A stretch of 64,000 bases of DNA from Strigamia acuminata (taxonomy: Eukaryota): positions 24,118,001 to 24,182,000 of the forward strand of contig OX442314.1 of the NCBI GenBank assembly GCA_949358305.1, written 5' to 3'. Shown one piece after another: positions 13,001 through 23,691 of this stretch. Position 1 is the first letter of the stretch. Each line of letters starts with the position of its first letter. The notes under the pieces are model-generated. The model worked only from the letters and a program-made list of their open reading frames with translations, did not search any database and was not told the DNA's origin. Position numbers and translations under genes: made by a program.

Positions 13001-13159
13001 TTCAAGTGTAACCAACCGGGACACTACTCCAATGAGTGCCCAAGAACAGCGAAAGAAGACGCTAAATTTGACGCGATAATGAAGCAGATGGCAGAGATTA
13101 AACTCGCCATGGCAAAAAACGAGTCAAAAAACGAGTCAGCGCAGGCGGCGAAGAAATAA
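10079..13159 (+). CDS. gag: Gag of element A (long disordered R/S/E-rich N-terminus, capsid-like domain, CCHC zinc knuckle)
   Basis: RFDG...LMTGSAREWY...WDDFLMRF capsid-type motif; CFKCNQPGHYSNEC knuckle. First ATG at 10079. Confidence 0.92.
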   Translation: MADNIRVTDSDSDANKRAGSRKGADYHLRSGGPLPKASAHEARQKRRKPKPDRRSASEASHPSRSETRQRLDETERGEEQSHSKLPRSNRDGETSGNEVLSRNQSPRLTHDTEVGSPKAASPIQKTASNTTANSALNTPITQSRPASVRSEGHKSNASNTERVSSQPYSVSATLVDTMQLAQAEGVRYTLPTGKITVYETLQIVRAALRAHRLSPEITVVEGAYAQQMVDSAQFEADVENEARQAIRERKRKLAEREARALEYGKSQRVPTTPEEVEIVDRALRAHRYAFHSQQEAEQAFMARLQRDKPKSVRKPEVSLSELSDESVEGDPKRTPKVSPKPERKKEVPVTPRKREVSTGQRVRPRMMALDDNTNNAIDRLINANNARRNEEQTHTSRQRDDPRGSDWPQSVPILKDDGPSRKHSEDRTSSREERQRERGQQQYHYGNSDSSSDGLESNAPSHHDSERGSGERRRERERDERRERERDDRRRGRKESNSSRRNPPRRSPSPDPSSDPSSNDDRRNDKSSNRRKRSNSPRDREKRRRSENSDHRREEFQDLPRQSAFTDSTGRQYTMGELGRALLGSLKAEGIDLSKRNDRNRNTGDRVKKKYAVSRRDTMSVTGNIRWQFYIQNRFDGSWKAGDRFLDEVIRIKTATKATVGDMLTHGIVELMTGSAREWYQGLKGVNWDDFLMRFDLRYGETPEEVSRKMRGLRQMPGETIMDYDIRARLLFEKAPMEFHATGFNLFFLGGLSEYSQRVLLEERAPTGGSYEEMSAFLFENTIDIEKRYYSALPEAEKAATAKRLKLSAERYGATDKIMRPTEYLSGIMELAEASVGLQIKNKLTSTLPSNPLAAPKKAPTASAMQATLEEVKEGEEAEQNVGKSDEKEEKDDYSTDEEIRSYRDTLSTGCDEEGPLVHLIHRDRAVEEFRARLKPNAGRIPKYFRKNYTPPSKVDPEKKKSIEAPRDKSNIRCFKCNQPGHYSNECPRTAKEDAKFDAIMKQMAEIKLAMAKNESKNESAQAAKK

Positions 13160-16100
13160 CTTCTCGACCGTCTGCGCTATTCATGAAGAAGAAGGGGTTT
13201 AACAAAGGGTTCGATAAACCGCCACCAGTCAAAGAAATGGGTAGTGACATAGCTAACGCCCAGATCCAAGACAGGGCCAACAACGCTTTGCAGGTAATTA
13301 CCGCAAACGCTGAGGCTGAGGCGGAAGAACCGAACCTACTGCTTGAAGAATTACCTCAAGTAGTCAACGAAGACACAGAAGAATTTCGTGTTTTCATGTG
13401 CAACGTAGCGGTCGAATATACCAGCCGCCTATGTATGCTGCCCATGACAATAGAACGCGAAAAAATTATGGGACTGCTAGACTCGGGAGCAGATCGCTCG
13501 TTCGTTTCCGAAGACATAGTAGCATCATTGGGTCTCACCGATAAGATAAAAGGCGTTAATAAAAATGTACGTCTAAAAACCGCCAACGGAATGGCGCGTC
13601 CAAAAGGAGTCATACTATTGACCATGGAGTGGCTCGGAGGGGTAGAACAACACCCTTTCCTGGTCCTGCCCACGTGCGACAGAATTTTTCTGTTGGGCTT
13701 AGACCTCATGGCGTCAATGGAAATACAACCAAATCCAATAACGAAATCTTGGAATTATATCAGAAATGATAGAGAAAGACCCGCAATTGTCGTGCCACCA
13801 GCTCTTATAAAAGAAGCGGCCGACAAGACACAGTGGGAGAAAGGCCTAAAGAAATTCGTTCAAGACTACGATTTTAAAGCATTCGTAGCAGAATTGCAAC
13901 GGGACAATGTAGTGGAAACGCTTGTCGCCGACGCCGCTTTAGAATTAAACGAAGCGGCAGCCCTACGAAGGGTCCTACTTAAATATGAGGGGATCCTGTC
14001 GAAAAAACCGGGCCGAACGAATAGGGCTATTCACGAAATTAAATTGACGGATAATAAACCTATACGAGTTGCGTATAAGGGAATGAATCCACAAAAACGT
14101 GAAATAGTACAAAAAATGTGCCAAGAAATGCTAGACAGTGGCATTGTCTCCGAGGCCCAGGGAGAATACGCGACGCGAGTTGTGCTCGTGATGCGCCCGG
14201 GCTCGGATCCGCGTCTATGCATTGATTACCGCCCATTAAACGCGGTGACAGAGATAGATCCCATACAGATGCCGTCTATCGAATCCATTTTGAGAGAGCT
14301 TAGCCCCTTTTCTTGGGTTACGACGATGGATCTGTCGAAGGGATACTGGCAAGTTGAGATGAGGCCAGAGGATAAGCTAAAAACAGCATTTTACTCGCCA
14401 ATTGGACGGTTGATGTTCAACGTCATGCCATTTGGTTTAGTGAATGCTCCCAGTACCTTTCAGAGACTAATCGAGAGCGTATTGGGTGATATATTGCATC
14501 AGTTTGTGTGGGCATACTTAGATGACATTGTCATCGCCTCAAAAACATTCGAAGAACACATTGAGCACATCGACCAAGTGCTCACCCGGCTGGCAAAAGC
14601 TGGGTTACACGTTCACCCGGGCAAGAGCAAGTTCTGTCGAAAGGAGCTTGCCTTCCTGGGTTATCGCATTGGAGTCAATGGTTTAGCTATTGGCCCCGAA
14701 AAAATCGATGCGATTAATCGTTTCCCACCACCCGAGGACGTTAAAGGTGTCCAACGGTTTATGGGAATGATAAACTTCTTCGGCAGGTTGCTACCGGGTC
14801 TAGCTGAAGTGGCAGCCCCAGTTACCGACCTCCTGAAGAATGAAAACGAATTTGTATGGTCAAATGAGTGCAACATCGCATTTAATGCGATAAAGAGGAT
14901 GCTGACGGAAGTCGGCGTAATGCCTCTACCCGACTTGAACCGGCCGTTCATACTACATACGGACGCCAGCAGAGTTGGGTTAGGAGCGGCGTTGCTCCAA
15001 ACACACGTGCGCGACGGAGTCGAACAAGACCTGCCGTGCATGTTTATAAGTCGCAAACTCCAAGGCGCTGAAAAAAATTACAACGCCACAGAGTTGGAGT
15101 GTTTGGCCGTTGTGTGGGCCATAAGGAAATTCAGAGATTATCTCGAATATACCAAATTTGTAGTCCACACAGATCATCAAGCGTTACAATGGCTGATGAA
15201 ATTAAAGGAGCCAGCTGGTCGACTAGCCAGATGGCAGTTAGAACTGATGGCATGCGACTTGACCATTCAATACAAGCCCGGCAAATATAACGTCGTGGCT
15301 GACGCTCTGTCGAGGGCACCAGTGTCAGATCCAATCGACGCTGACGATGATGGCGAGGATGACTCCCGCATCATTTATTGCCCTACGAGTTGTCACCGTT
15401 GGGATTTAAGGAAAATGAATGAAATTCCTACCGCGTCTCCGGCAGATGTAAAATTCTGTGGATTTTGGACGCGGTTATACCAACCAGCTGCTGACAATTA
15501 CCCAGATGCAAAGAAGGAATTTAAGCTAGAGCGGAGAATAAATGACCCGCTTCTAAGCGCCTTCCACGTTCATGTCGGCAAGCAAATGCGAAGCAATCCC
15601 CCAACAAGGGAGGAAATAATTGTGCAACAAAAATTAGACAAGAAATGTCAGGATAGAGCTAAGTTCGTACTGACAGGAAAATATCCGCCCAACTTAACCA
15701 GAAGGCAGAAGCGTCGATATGCACACGAATCCATAGATTATCTATTGGATGACGGCCTTTTGGTGAAACATCACCCAAATCACCAAGATGACTTGAGTGA
15801 ATCGGACACCGCAGTAAAGGTAGTAATACCTGCTTCCTTAATCGGTCGCGTGCTGTGGTTGTTACACGGGCACCCGCTTGCGAGCCATGCGGGAGTAAGC
15901 AGAACACTCTATCGTGCTACGCAGCTTTTTCACTGGACAGGGATGAAAAAAGATATTGCTCTTTTTGTCCACCAATGTCAGCGATGTCAAGCGTGCAAGC
16001 CGAGGAGTAAATCACCATTCGAAACTATTTTCTTAGGGCCTTACGCGCCTTTTGATTGTTTAAGTGTCGATGTGATGGGCCCAAAACCCGTTACGGGAAA

Positions 16101-17256
16101 TAAAAATGCGTACATTATCGTTATAATGGACGTGGCGACTCGTTGGCCCGAGTTGTACGCCGTCGCTAGACCTTCAGCAGAAAAAATCGTTGAATGTATC
16201 TACGACGTAGCGTTACGTTACGGATTTCCACGTAAAATTATATCCGATAACGGACCCCAATTTATCTCGAAAATTTGGGGTAAGTTTTGTAAGAAATTCG
16301 GGATTGTGGCGTCACATACTTCGACCTACAACCCCAGAACAAATCCCGTTGAGCGACTCAACAGGGACATTAAATATGCACTAAGCATATTCACTGACAT
16401 CCACAATAGGTGGGATGAATACTTGAGGGAGATCGCGTTCAGCATACGAACAACAGTCTCGAGGACGAGAGATTTTTCTCCGGCCTACCTCAACTTCGCC
16501 CGGGAGCTACGAGTGCCTTGGGACCCACGAGTGGCAGAGTCAGTAAATGTGGTGGACCCTGAGAAACCACATGAGTACGTGTATAAATTGGAGCAAACCA
16601 TCTCCAACACGTACAAGCACATGATGGCGCACATTTTTAATATGCGCGACCGCATTTTACAAGATAAAAGCGGTAGAAAATTTGTGAATTTCGAGATCAA
16701 TGATTTGGTGTGGAAAGATGCACACACCCTCTCAAATGCAGCGAGAGGAATCACCGCCAGCTTGGCCGACAAGAGAGATGGTCCGTATGTGATCATCGGC
16801 AAGCATGGCGGTAACGCGTATAAATTACGTAAGCTCGAGGACAATACCGAGCATAAGTCGATCCAGGTACGAGAGTTAACTCCGTACATTCCGGAATTCC
16901 CGCAAGAAATGTGGGCAAAAGGCCAAGTCAAGTCTAAAACTGACGGCCGAATCGTCGATATGTTCGCTGGCGAGTCGGAGAAAGCACCGCCAAGTGACAA
17001 CGAGGAGTATTTCGACGCCCCTCCACCTCCGGTAAACGAGATAGTTGAATCCGTTCCGGATCCAATTTTGGTCGGGGGGGAAACAGGAGAAACTCCTGAA
17101 ACAAACACAAAAAACACGGATAAAAAAAGAAATACACATGAGGAGGTACAGACACAAAAAACAACAAAAAATGTCGTACCTGTCTCGACTCATCACCTGC
17201 GGCCTCGTAGAAGTAATCCGTTTATACAAGACGGAAAGGTCGTAGGAAAGGAGTAG
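13114..17256 (+). CDS. pol: Pol of element A (protease, RT, RNase H, integrase), reached by -1 frameshift
   Basis: LLDSGA, YLDD, TDAS...ELECLAVVWA, HHCC zinc site, SVD...ISDNGPQF...PVER and a GPY motif. The frame is -1 relative to gag and open from 13102. Confidence 0.96.
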   Translation, partial: KKRVKKRVSAGGEEITSRPSALFMKKKGFNKGFDKPPPVKEMGSDIANAQIQDRANNALQVITANAEAEAEEPNLLLEELPQVVNEDTEEFRVFMCNVAVEYTSRLCMLPMTIEREKIMGLLDSGADRSFVSEDIVASLGLTDKIKGVNKNVRLKTANGMARPKGVILLTMEWLGGVEQHPFLVLPTCDRIFLLGLDLMASMEIQPNPITKSWNYIRNDRERPAIVVPPALIKEAADKTQWEKGLKKFVQDYDFKAFVAELQRDNVVETLVADAALELNEAAALRRVLLKYEGILSKKPGRTNRAIHEIKLTDNKPIRVAYKGMNPQKREIVQKMCQEMLDSGIVSEAQGEYATRVVLVMRPGSDPRLCIDYRPLNAVTEIDPIQMPSIESILRELSPFSWVTTMDLSKGYWQVEMRPEDKLKTAFYSPIGRLMFNVMPFGLVNAPSTFQRLIESVLGDILHQFVWAYLDDIVIASKTFEEHIEHIDQVLTRLAKAGLHVHPGKSKFCRKELAFLGYRIGVNGLAIGPEKIDAINRFPPPEDVKGVQRFMGMINFFGRLLPGLAEVAAPVTDLLKNENEFVWSNECNIAFNAIKRMLTEVGVMPLPDLNRPFILHTDASRVGLGAALLQTHVRDGVEQDLPCMFISRKLQGAEKNYNATELECLAVVWAIRKFRDYLEYTKFVVHTDHQALQWLMKLKEPAGRLARWQLELMACDLTIQYKPGKYNVVADALSRAPVSDPIDADDDGEDDSRIIYCPTSCHRWDLRKMNEIPTASPADVKFCGFWTRLYQPAADNYPDAKKEFKLERRINDPLLSAFHVHVGKQMRSNPPTREEIIVQQKLDKKCQDRAKFVLTGKYPPNLTRRQKRRYAHESIDYLLDDGLLVKHHPNHQDDLSESDTAVKVVIPASLIGRVLWLLHGHPLASHAGVSRTLYRATQLFHWTGMKKDIALFVHQCQRCQACKPRSKSPFETIFLGPYAPFDCLSVDVMGPKPVTGNKNAYIIVIMDVATRWPELYAVARPSAEKIVECIYDVALRYGFPRKIISDNGPQFISKIWGKFCKKFGIVASHTSTYNPRTNPVERLNRDIKYALSIFTDIHNRWDEYLREIAFSIRTTVSRTRDFSPAYLNFARELRVPWDPRVAESVNVVDPEKPHEYVYKLEQTISNTYKHMMAHIFNMRDRILQDKSGRKFVNFEINDLVWKDAHTLSNAARGITASLADKRDGPYVIIGKHGGNAYKLRKLEDNTEHKSIQVRELTPYIPEFPQEMWAKGQVKSKTDGRIVDMFAGESEKAPPSDNEEYFDAPPPPVNEIVESVPDPILVGGETGETPETNTKNTDKKRNTHEEVQTQKTTKNVVPVSTHHLRPRRSNPFIQDGKVVGKE

Positions 17257-17737
17257 AAAAACGTTACGAGTCGATGGCGACGCTGAAAACACAAAAAATA
17301 ATCGATCGACAGCGCTAGCCATCAAAATCCGAGACTCAAAAAAATTTCGCTAAGTCCAACAAAGCGGATATCGGTCGAATTCGCGTCACGAGATGGCGTG
17401 GAAACGCGGGACCCGTAGCAAAATTATCGGCACGGGTCGGATACCGCGTGCAAAAGACCCCGTAGCAGCGATCGCGCACGGGCGTAGAAACAAAGGAGCC
17501 CCGTAGCGTAACATGCGCGCGGGCTGTTGCGCACAAGTCATAAACACCTGGTTCTGGAGTAAAATTACCCAGAACCCACCACGATTGCCTCGTTTTCACC
17601 CGGACTTCCGCTAAACCAGCTGATCGTCGTCCGCACGTGATACGCATCGAGTTTATTTTTAACCGAGTTTGTGATCCATTTTACGAGGAGTTTTTAAGTT
17701 TTTTCATCGTGGTCTGACTGAACGCGCAATCCTCACG

Positions 17738-20700
17738 ATGGCTGAGGAAGGAGGGGATGAGGAAATGCTTGAAATCGAGCATCATGACGAGAATTGGGAC
17801 CAGGACATTAACGTAGTTCCACCCGATCAGGTAGTAGTCGGCATCGCCGCACGAGATTTAGCTCCGTGCGGTCGAATTAAAGATACAATTGACTAATACT
17901 TGACATGAACGCTCTGCGTTCGAAATAGTGTATAATTATTATACTAATATCCACGATCGCGAGAGCGATTGTATTTTCTCCTATTATTTGTCTTCAAGGA
18001 CGCGATAGCAGACAAACTGTCGCCTCGCTCCTTGAAGATGACTCACGACAATTGACACGAACGAGACAAAGGAAACGAGCTTTCTTTTTATATTCCAGAA
18101 ATGGGAATAATTTATTGTTTGGAATAATTTATAGAACGTTGTTTTCTATTTTTATTTGTTATTTTATTTGCGAATTTTTCCGATGACACTAATTTATTTT
18201 AGATTCGTTTTTAACTCGACTTTAACTCCGAATTTTGGAGTTATTATTAAATAAATTTATTTCTTTACAAGTTAATTCACGACAAGAACATTTGTTTACA
18301 TGTTCTAAAATTGTCATTGGAGATTTTCACGAACGATTTCGCGAATTTATTGGTTTAATACGAATTTACAGTTTAATTTTAAATTAAATAATCCGAAGAA
18401 AATTTCCGGATTAATACGCTCGATTCCGTCACGTGGTTATCGTTGGACGTGAGCCAGATGTGCCAAGAAGACTCTTTCTTCCTGACAAGGACGAATCAAT
18501 GAACAGGAATAGGACTCGACGAACGGTCGCACGTTTCAGCGACGTTCCTCGAGCCCACCCCCTATTTATCTCCGTGTTATTGGCGATTTTATTAATTATT
18601 TTGTTTCCATCATTGCAGATGGAGCTCCGAGACACGTGGGGAGCGCTCAGCCCCGCATGCATAGTGCGAGCGGGCATTTATCGAGGCGTACTGCCCGATT
18701 TTCTGCGCCGCTGCTTTGGCGAAGATGCAAAGCCATACCGCCTGCGCGTATTATTTTCGCGCGCCCTCGCCAAGCGCTGGGTTAACGATTGTACACTCCT
18801 GGACGCGTTCCCGGAGTCGGTGCGAAACGTCGTCGCTGCAGAGCTCGCTCGCATCGATGACCCGAAGTCACCAATCTTCCACCCGGCCCTGTCGAGCCAA
18901 TACTCCGGCAGGCCGGCGGAGGAGCATGTGTTGTTCGCGTGGCAAGCGGCCGAGACCGAGGAAGCCCGCGAAGAAGTGTATCAACACTACCGCCAGCAGC
19001 TAATTGACACTGCGCCGGCGGTTGCAGAGCGGATTTTGCAAGACGACGGAATGAGCACCGCCGATATACATCTGTGGTGCGAGCAGATTCGGCAGGGAGA
19101 AGTTACGCCACAGTGGCGACCGAGAATGGGGATTCTCACGTCACAAGCTGAAATGTGGCAACTCCACTATTTGGGAATTCTCGGCCCCAAATATAATTTC
19201 CCAAGGAAGCGCAAGCGCTCCAAGGGAACCGGGGGCAGCGAATCGCGCTCCCCGGGACGGTCGAAGAAACAGTGCGTCGAACAGCACTCGACCGTCAACG
19301 ATGGAGCGGGAACGTCAGCGCAGCCACCGCGCGACCCCGCGAATTACACCAGACCAAGGGTGTTCGTCAACCGTCAGATGAAAGACGGTAAAGAGACTCG
19401 AGAAGTCTGGATTTCGGGCGACGAAGAGCGAGTCTCTCGTCCCCGTGTCGGCAGACATCCGCTGACTCACCGTGAGCAGCGGAAACGAGACCGCAAAGAG
19501 CGGTATTTCGCTCGCTGCGAGGCGCGGGGAATTCCCCTTCCCGAACACGCTCTCAAAGCAATCGAAGCGAAGGAAGCGAGAGAGGCACGATCGAAGTCGA
19601 GTGGCAGATCTTCCGGGGAGCGTCGCGTCCTAGCGCCAGACACGCGGGACCTTCGCGAGATCATCACTCAGATGAAACGCAAGAAATTGTCGCGTTTCGA
19701 CCCCGCGATGCAATTCGCCCGCAAGATGGGCGTCGTCGAGGATGGTACCGTGATTCCACACGAAGTGGCACGGTGGTTGAGCGAGTATGTGAATTCGCGA
19801 CCCACGGCCGTCGTTCCGCCGACGAGCACCGTCACGCCCGCTCCGGCGCCTCAAGTCACGACGACTGAGGCGCAAGCAACGTTGCCACCGCCAGCACAAC
19901 AGTCTTTGACGTTGCTGTTGCCGACGCAACCATCGGCGTCGCAACCGCTGCCGGCACAGCAGTCCCTGACGCTGCCGCCGCCGACGCAGCCGCCGCCGCC
20001 GCCACCGATGCCGGGCTCGAGCGTCACGCCGAACCCGACCATCGACGCCTCCGTGATGTTGCCCGTGCACCAGAGCATTGCGCGGGAATGTCATAACGCC
20101 CGCTTCGGAGAATATTACCCGAGCAAGGCAAGACACGACCGCACCGCGATGTGGTATGAACAGCGTGACGAAAACGCACGGCTGGCTCGAGAAGCAGCCA
20201 ATCCATCGATCGAAGAGCTCTTGGCCTTCGCATTTGTGATGGAGGACCCGAGGGCCGCCGCCGCTGCTCTGCAGGGCGCCGACGTCACTCAGCGCCATTT
20301 CATCGAGTGGGGGATTTCGATGATGCGGCACCACTCGCGCGCGTTCGCTGCAGATCCTGATCGCAGCAACCCTGTAAATCGGCGCAGTCTACAGCTGGCT
20401 TTGACGAAAATCATGGTCCAGTTATTGACCCCCTCGCTCTTTGGGGTCGGACGACAAGCGATGGCCTGTTGGTCCGTAGTAGACAGAGAGGGTGTGCAGA
20501 TACCTCGCGCACTCGTTGGGGAATGGAGCGCCATTCTCCCCAACCCGGCGATGACTCGCTTCGAGCTGACCCGGGACGTGGTGAACCCCGAATGGGAGGG
20601 GTATAAGTTGCGGAGCATGGCCTTCCGCCACGCCGTTACCACGTGGGAGCCAACACCGTCAGCGCAGTCACACGCAATGATGGTCACGAGTGAAGAGCCG

Positions 20701-21444
20701 ATGGAGAGCGACGCCGCCTCTTCGACTGCTTCACGTGGAGCCCCAACTCCACCTCCGCCGCCGCCACCGATGCCACCAGCGGCGACACCACAGACACCCG
20801 TCCTATCAAATGCGGCGGGTAAGCCCAGACGCCTACTGTGCCGGACGCCGCCAACGATGTCCGCCGCTCGCCAGAGCCTGACGCCTCCCGCAGCCCAAGA
20901 AGCGCGGGAAGAGACTGTCCAGCAGGCAGTGGTTTCGAAGAGCGCCAAGCCAGCGAAAGCGGCGAAGCCTCCGACAAACTACTATGAGAAGTTATGCGAC
21001 GAGTTCTCTCAACTGTCGATGACGACAGAGACGCGAAAATTCATCCTCGCTCAGAGAGACAAGGGGAAATCGGTTTTCGTTTGGTTGCACAACCAGGTGC
21101 GCCAGACCACCGATTTGATCCTCCATCAGCGTTTGCTGAGGGCCCACCGTGCGCCTCGAACGGCCGCGGAGGCGAACGCGATCCGGCACACCAATTCCGG
21201 GTTTTCGGCGTTCATTCCGCGGGTTTGGCTGCATGAGAGGAGACGTGCCCCGTACGAGCCAGCCGGCGGCCACGCTTTGTGCTTCATTTCCGAGCACGAG
21301 GACCCCCGCGACCAGTCTTCAGCTTTGGTTGGAGATCTGGTTTTGCCGCCCGGCGGTGTGCCGCCCGGCGCTGAGCCGCCCGTCCCTGGAGTGAGTTTCG
21401 CCCAGGCGATGGATCCAGCGTCGGGTCCCAGCAAGAAGGATTGA
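17738..21444 (+). CDS. Accessory ORF3 of element A; main exon 18619..21444 (941 aa), possible leader exon 17738..17830
   Basis: GC-rich open frame after an AT-rich stretch; acceptor TTGCAG|ATG at 18618/18619. A 31-codon acidic mini-ORF ends CAG|GTAGTA in phase 0. NLS-like PRKRKRSK and Pro-rich linkers; no signal peptide or TM segment in the main exon. Confidence 0.75.
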
Positions 21445-21471
21445 TCGCTCCGAACACCGGCGGTCAGAGCT

Positions 21472-21483
21472 GGGAGGGGGACG
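21472..21483 (+). promoter_or_regulatory. Polypurine tract of element A
   Basis: GGGAGGGGGACG immediately before the 3' LTR. Confidence 0.85.
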
Positions 21484-22482
21484 TGTGGTGACCCGACTGG
21501 GGTGGGGCACGAAGAGTTTCTCTCGTGGCCTACATACGGGTAAAGAAGGGGAGTCGCACGCGCGCCTCCCTTCCCTCAGAGCATTGACATCCAGTCAATG
21601 GACGGGCGTCTGCCCTGGGGGAGTGGGGGAGATTCGTCTTCTCCACTATTGGGTGGCTTTAGTCACCTGTCACCCCCCGCTTTGTGCAAAGGAATTCGCC
21701 TTGCACTGAGCGGGCAGAACCAACACAAAAATCAACCAAGATACACGTAAAAGCCAAACGTCCTAAAACGATCAAGCCTAAGTACAAAGACTTCAGGAGT
21801 GACCTAGGACAAAGGACTTTCAACGTGAGTACGATTGATTTGTGTTAACCTCCGCAGAGTAACCTGCGAAACAAGATTACCACACTATTTTAGCAAGCCA
21901 GCTAGAAATAGTAAACCTACTCCAATTTAGCGAGTTGTGCAGACAAACGGTCGCACAAGCCTAAATTGCAGTAACCACGACGAGCGTTCCCGCCGCTGTG
22001 TGTATCGCCGGGAACCACCAAGCGTCCGCCGCTGTGTGATCGCCGGACACCTACACAAAACCCTAAACCTAGACAACAGACCAGAAGTAAGACCTTTTAG
22101 GCATTCACTCGCGCCCGACCAGCGTGAGCCCGAAGGACCGAACGAGAAACGTGAGACGAGGACGCCATTCATTGCCACGCCGGCCCAAGACGACACCACG
22201 TTGCCACGCGGACGCCATCTTGGATCCCGAGCGCCTACAAAGGACGACCTCGACCAGTTTCCCGCCAACTTCACACACCCCAACCTTTTACCTTTTTATT
22301 CCCTTACATATTTTATTCCTTTTACCTGTACATTCCCGTATAATAAATACATTTATTATATTTACCATTTTACATTGTTTGCCGTTTCGCATTATTTGGG
22401 TAACCGCTTGAGTAAAGCGGTATTGCGAGATTAGAGAGTGACTCATACCACGTATCAGCGACAGATCGAGTTGAGCGCGACA
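21484..22482 (+). repeat. 3' LTR of element A
   Basis: Direct repeat of 9012-10010, followed by the TSD GAGT. Confidence 0.97.
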
Positions 22483-22519
22483 GAGTGAAGTTTCAATATG
22501 AGATTGTGAGCTTATATAG
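22483..22519 (-). promoter_or_regulatory. Displaced core promoter (TATA plus Inr-like) of the large repeat gene
   Basis: Minus strand CTATATAAG (22519-22511), then TTCACTC ~30 nt downstream overlapping the TSD. Removing element A leaves a 21-nt 5' UTR before ATG 8990. Confidence 0.65.
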
Positions 22520-23312
22520 TGATCAAAGAAAAAACAATCAACTGAACATCTGTGGCTAATTGCCTCACATAATAGAAATTAGCTATTATTGCCTAAATAC
22601 TATCAAATGAAAAACACTTCAAAGCAATTCTTAACACCTGCACTCTTCACTGAATGTAATTAGAAGACTTTTAATGTTGAAAACAATTGTTATTAGTTTT
22701 TGTTTTTCATTCCTGCTGCAGGTTTAATTGAAGTGTACCTTTTACCAAGCCGTCAACTGAAGCAAAAACCTTTAACAGTGAATAATAATTGTGTGATAAA
22801 TATTTATCAGCCTGATTCTTATATGCTAATACTGAGTTGCATTGCTTATATATGAAAACCTGCTTTTTATTATAAGAATTATTAAAACACAAAATGGCAG
22901 TTCTTTGCTGTGTGAATGAGATCCTCGAGAAAAAACCAACAATTAATCCAACATCACAACCGATTTTTATAAGGTTTTGCATTAACTCCTATTTAAAAAT
23001 TTCTCTAAAATTGTTGTCTAATGCTTGCTGCAGTCATAAGCTTTATTCTGAATTAGATTTTGGATTTTATGGCATGTTTAGCCAAGATTGAGTTGTCTAA
23101 AATCACGAGAAGTTCCTGGAAACTTCATACAAGCATGAGAACCAACTGTTTGTAGTATTTAAACACTATCCCACATTTGTATGCATGCTGGCTGACCCCC
23201 CCACGGTTACTCGATGTTTTCTCCTCACATGCTTGTTACACAAAAAGTCCCAAAATCATCATACTTCCAGCATAGAATAAAGCACTTTTCACTTTCACTA
23301 AAAACAAGAACA

Positions 23313-23524
23313 CAGTAGCTGCATTCAAAAACTCAAAAACTCAAAAACTCTAAAACTCTAAAACTCGTTTCGTGTTTGTACGTGACGTCATTCCCATTCA
23401 ATGGGAATGACGTCACGTGTTATTCAATGGGAATGACATCACGTGTTATTCAATGGGAATGACGTCACGTACAAATACGAAACGAGTTTTGCATACGTTT
23501 TAGAGTTTTGGAATGCAGCTACTG
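23313..23524. mobile_element. Foldback/MITE-like palindromic element with internal repeats
   Basis: Ends are CAGTAGCTGCATTC...GAATGCAGCTACTG; inner arms AAAACTCGT...GTACGTGACGTCATTCCCATT and its inverse; three ~26-bp internal units. Confidence 0.75.
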
Positions 23525-23691
23525 AATTTTTAATTAGCATTAAGTATATATGTACAACATTAATTTTTGATACAATTATTTAATTTTTTGATAATTCGTT
23601 GCCGGTATACACGTCGTACGCGGAACGCAACGTCGACACACTTCAACGTGTAGTACACGTGCCGCAGCGCAGCCGACTAAACTGCCACCCG

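Larger units (their letters stand above)
9012..22482 (+). mobile_element. Full-length Ty3/Gypsy LTR retrotransposon A (13.5 kb) with a third ORF
   Basis: 999-bp TG...CA LTRs, 4-bp TSD GAGT (9008-9011 and 22483-22486), PBS, PPT, gag and pol in PR-RT-RH-IN order. Confidence 0.97.

Noticed and set aside
18433..18618. Hydrophobic stretch LFISVLLAILLIILF suggesting an Env signal or TM segment
   Set aside because: It is the T-rich polypyrimidine tract before the acceptor at 18618, and the ORF-track start is GTG; no other Env hallmarks are present.
19630..20948. Antisense ORFs of 219-234 aa over ORF3 of element A
   Set aside because: Expected shadows of GC-rich coding sequence.
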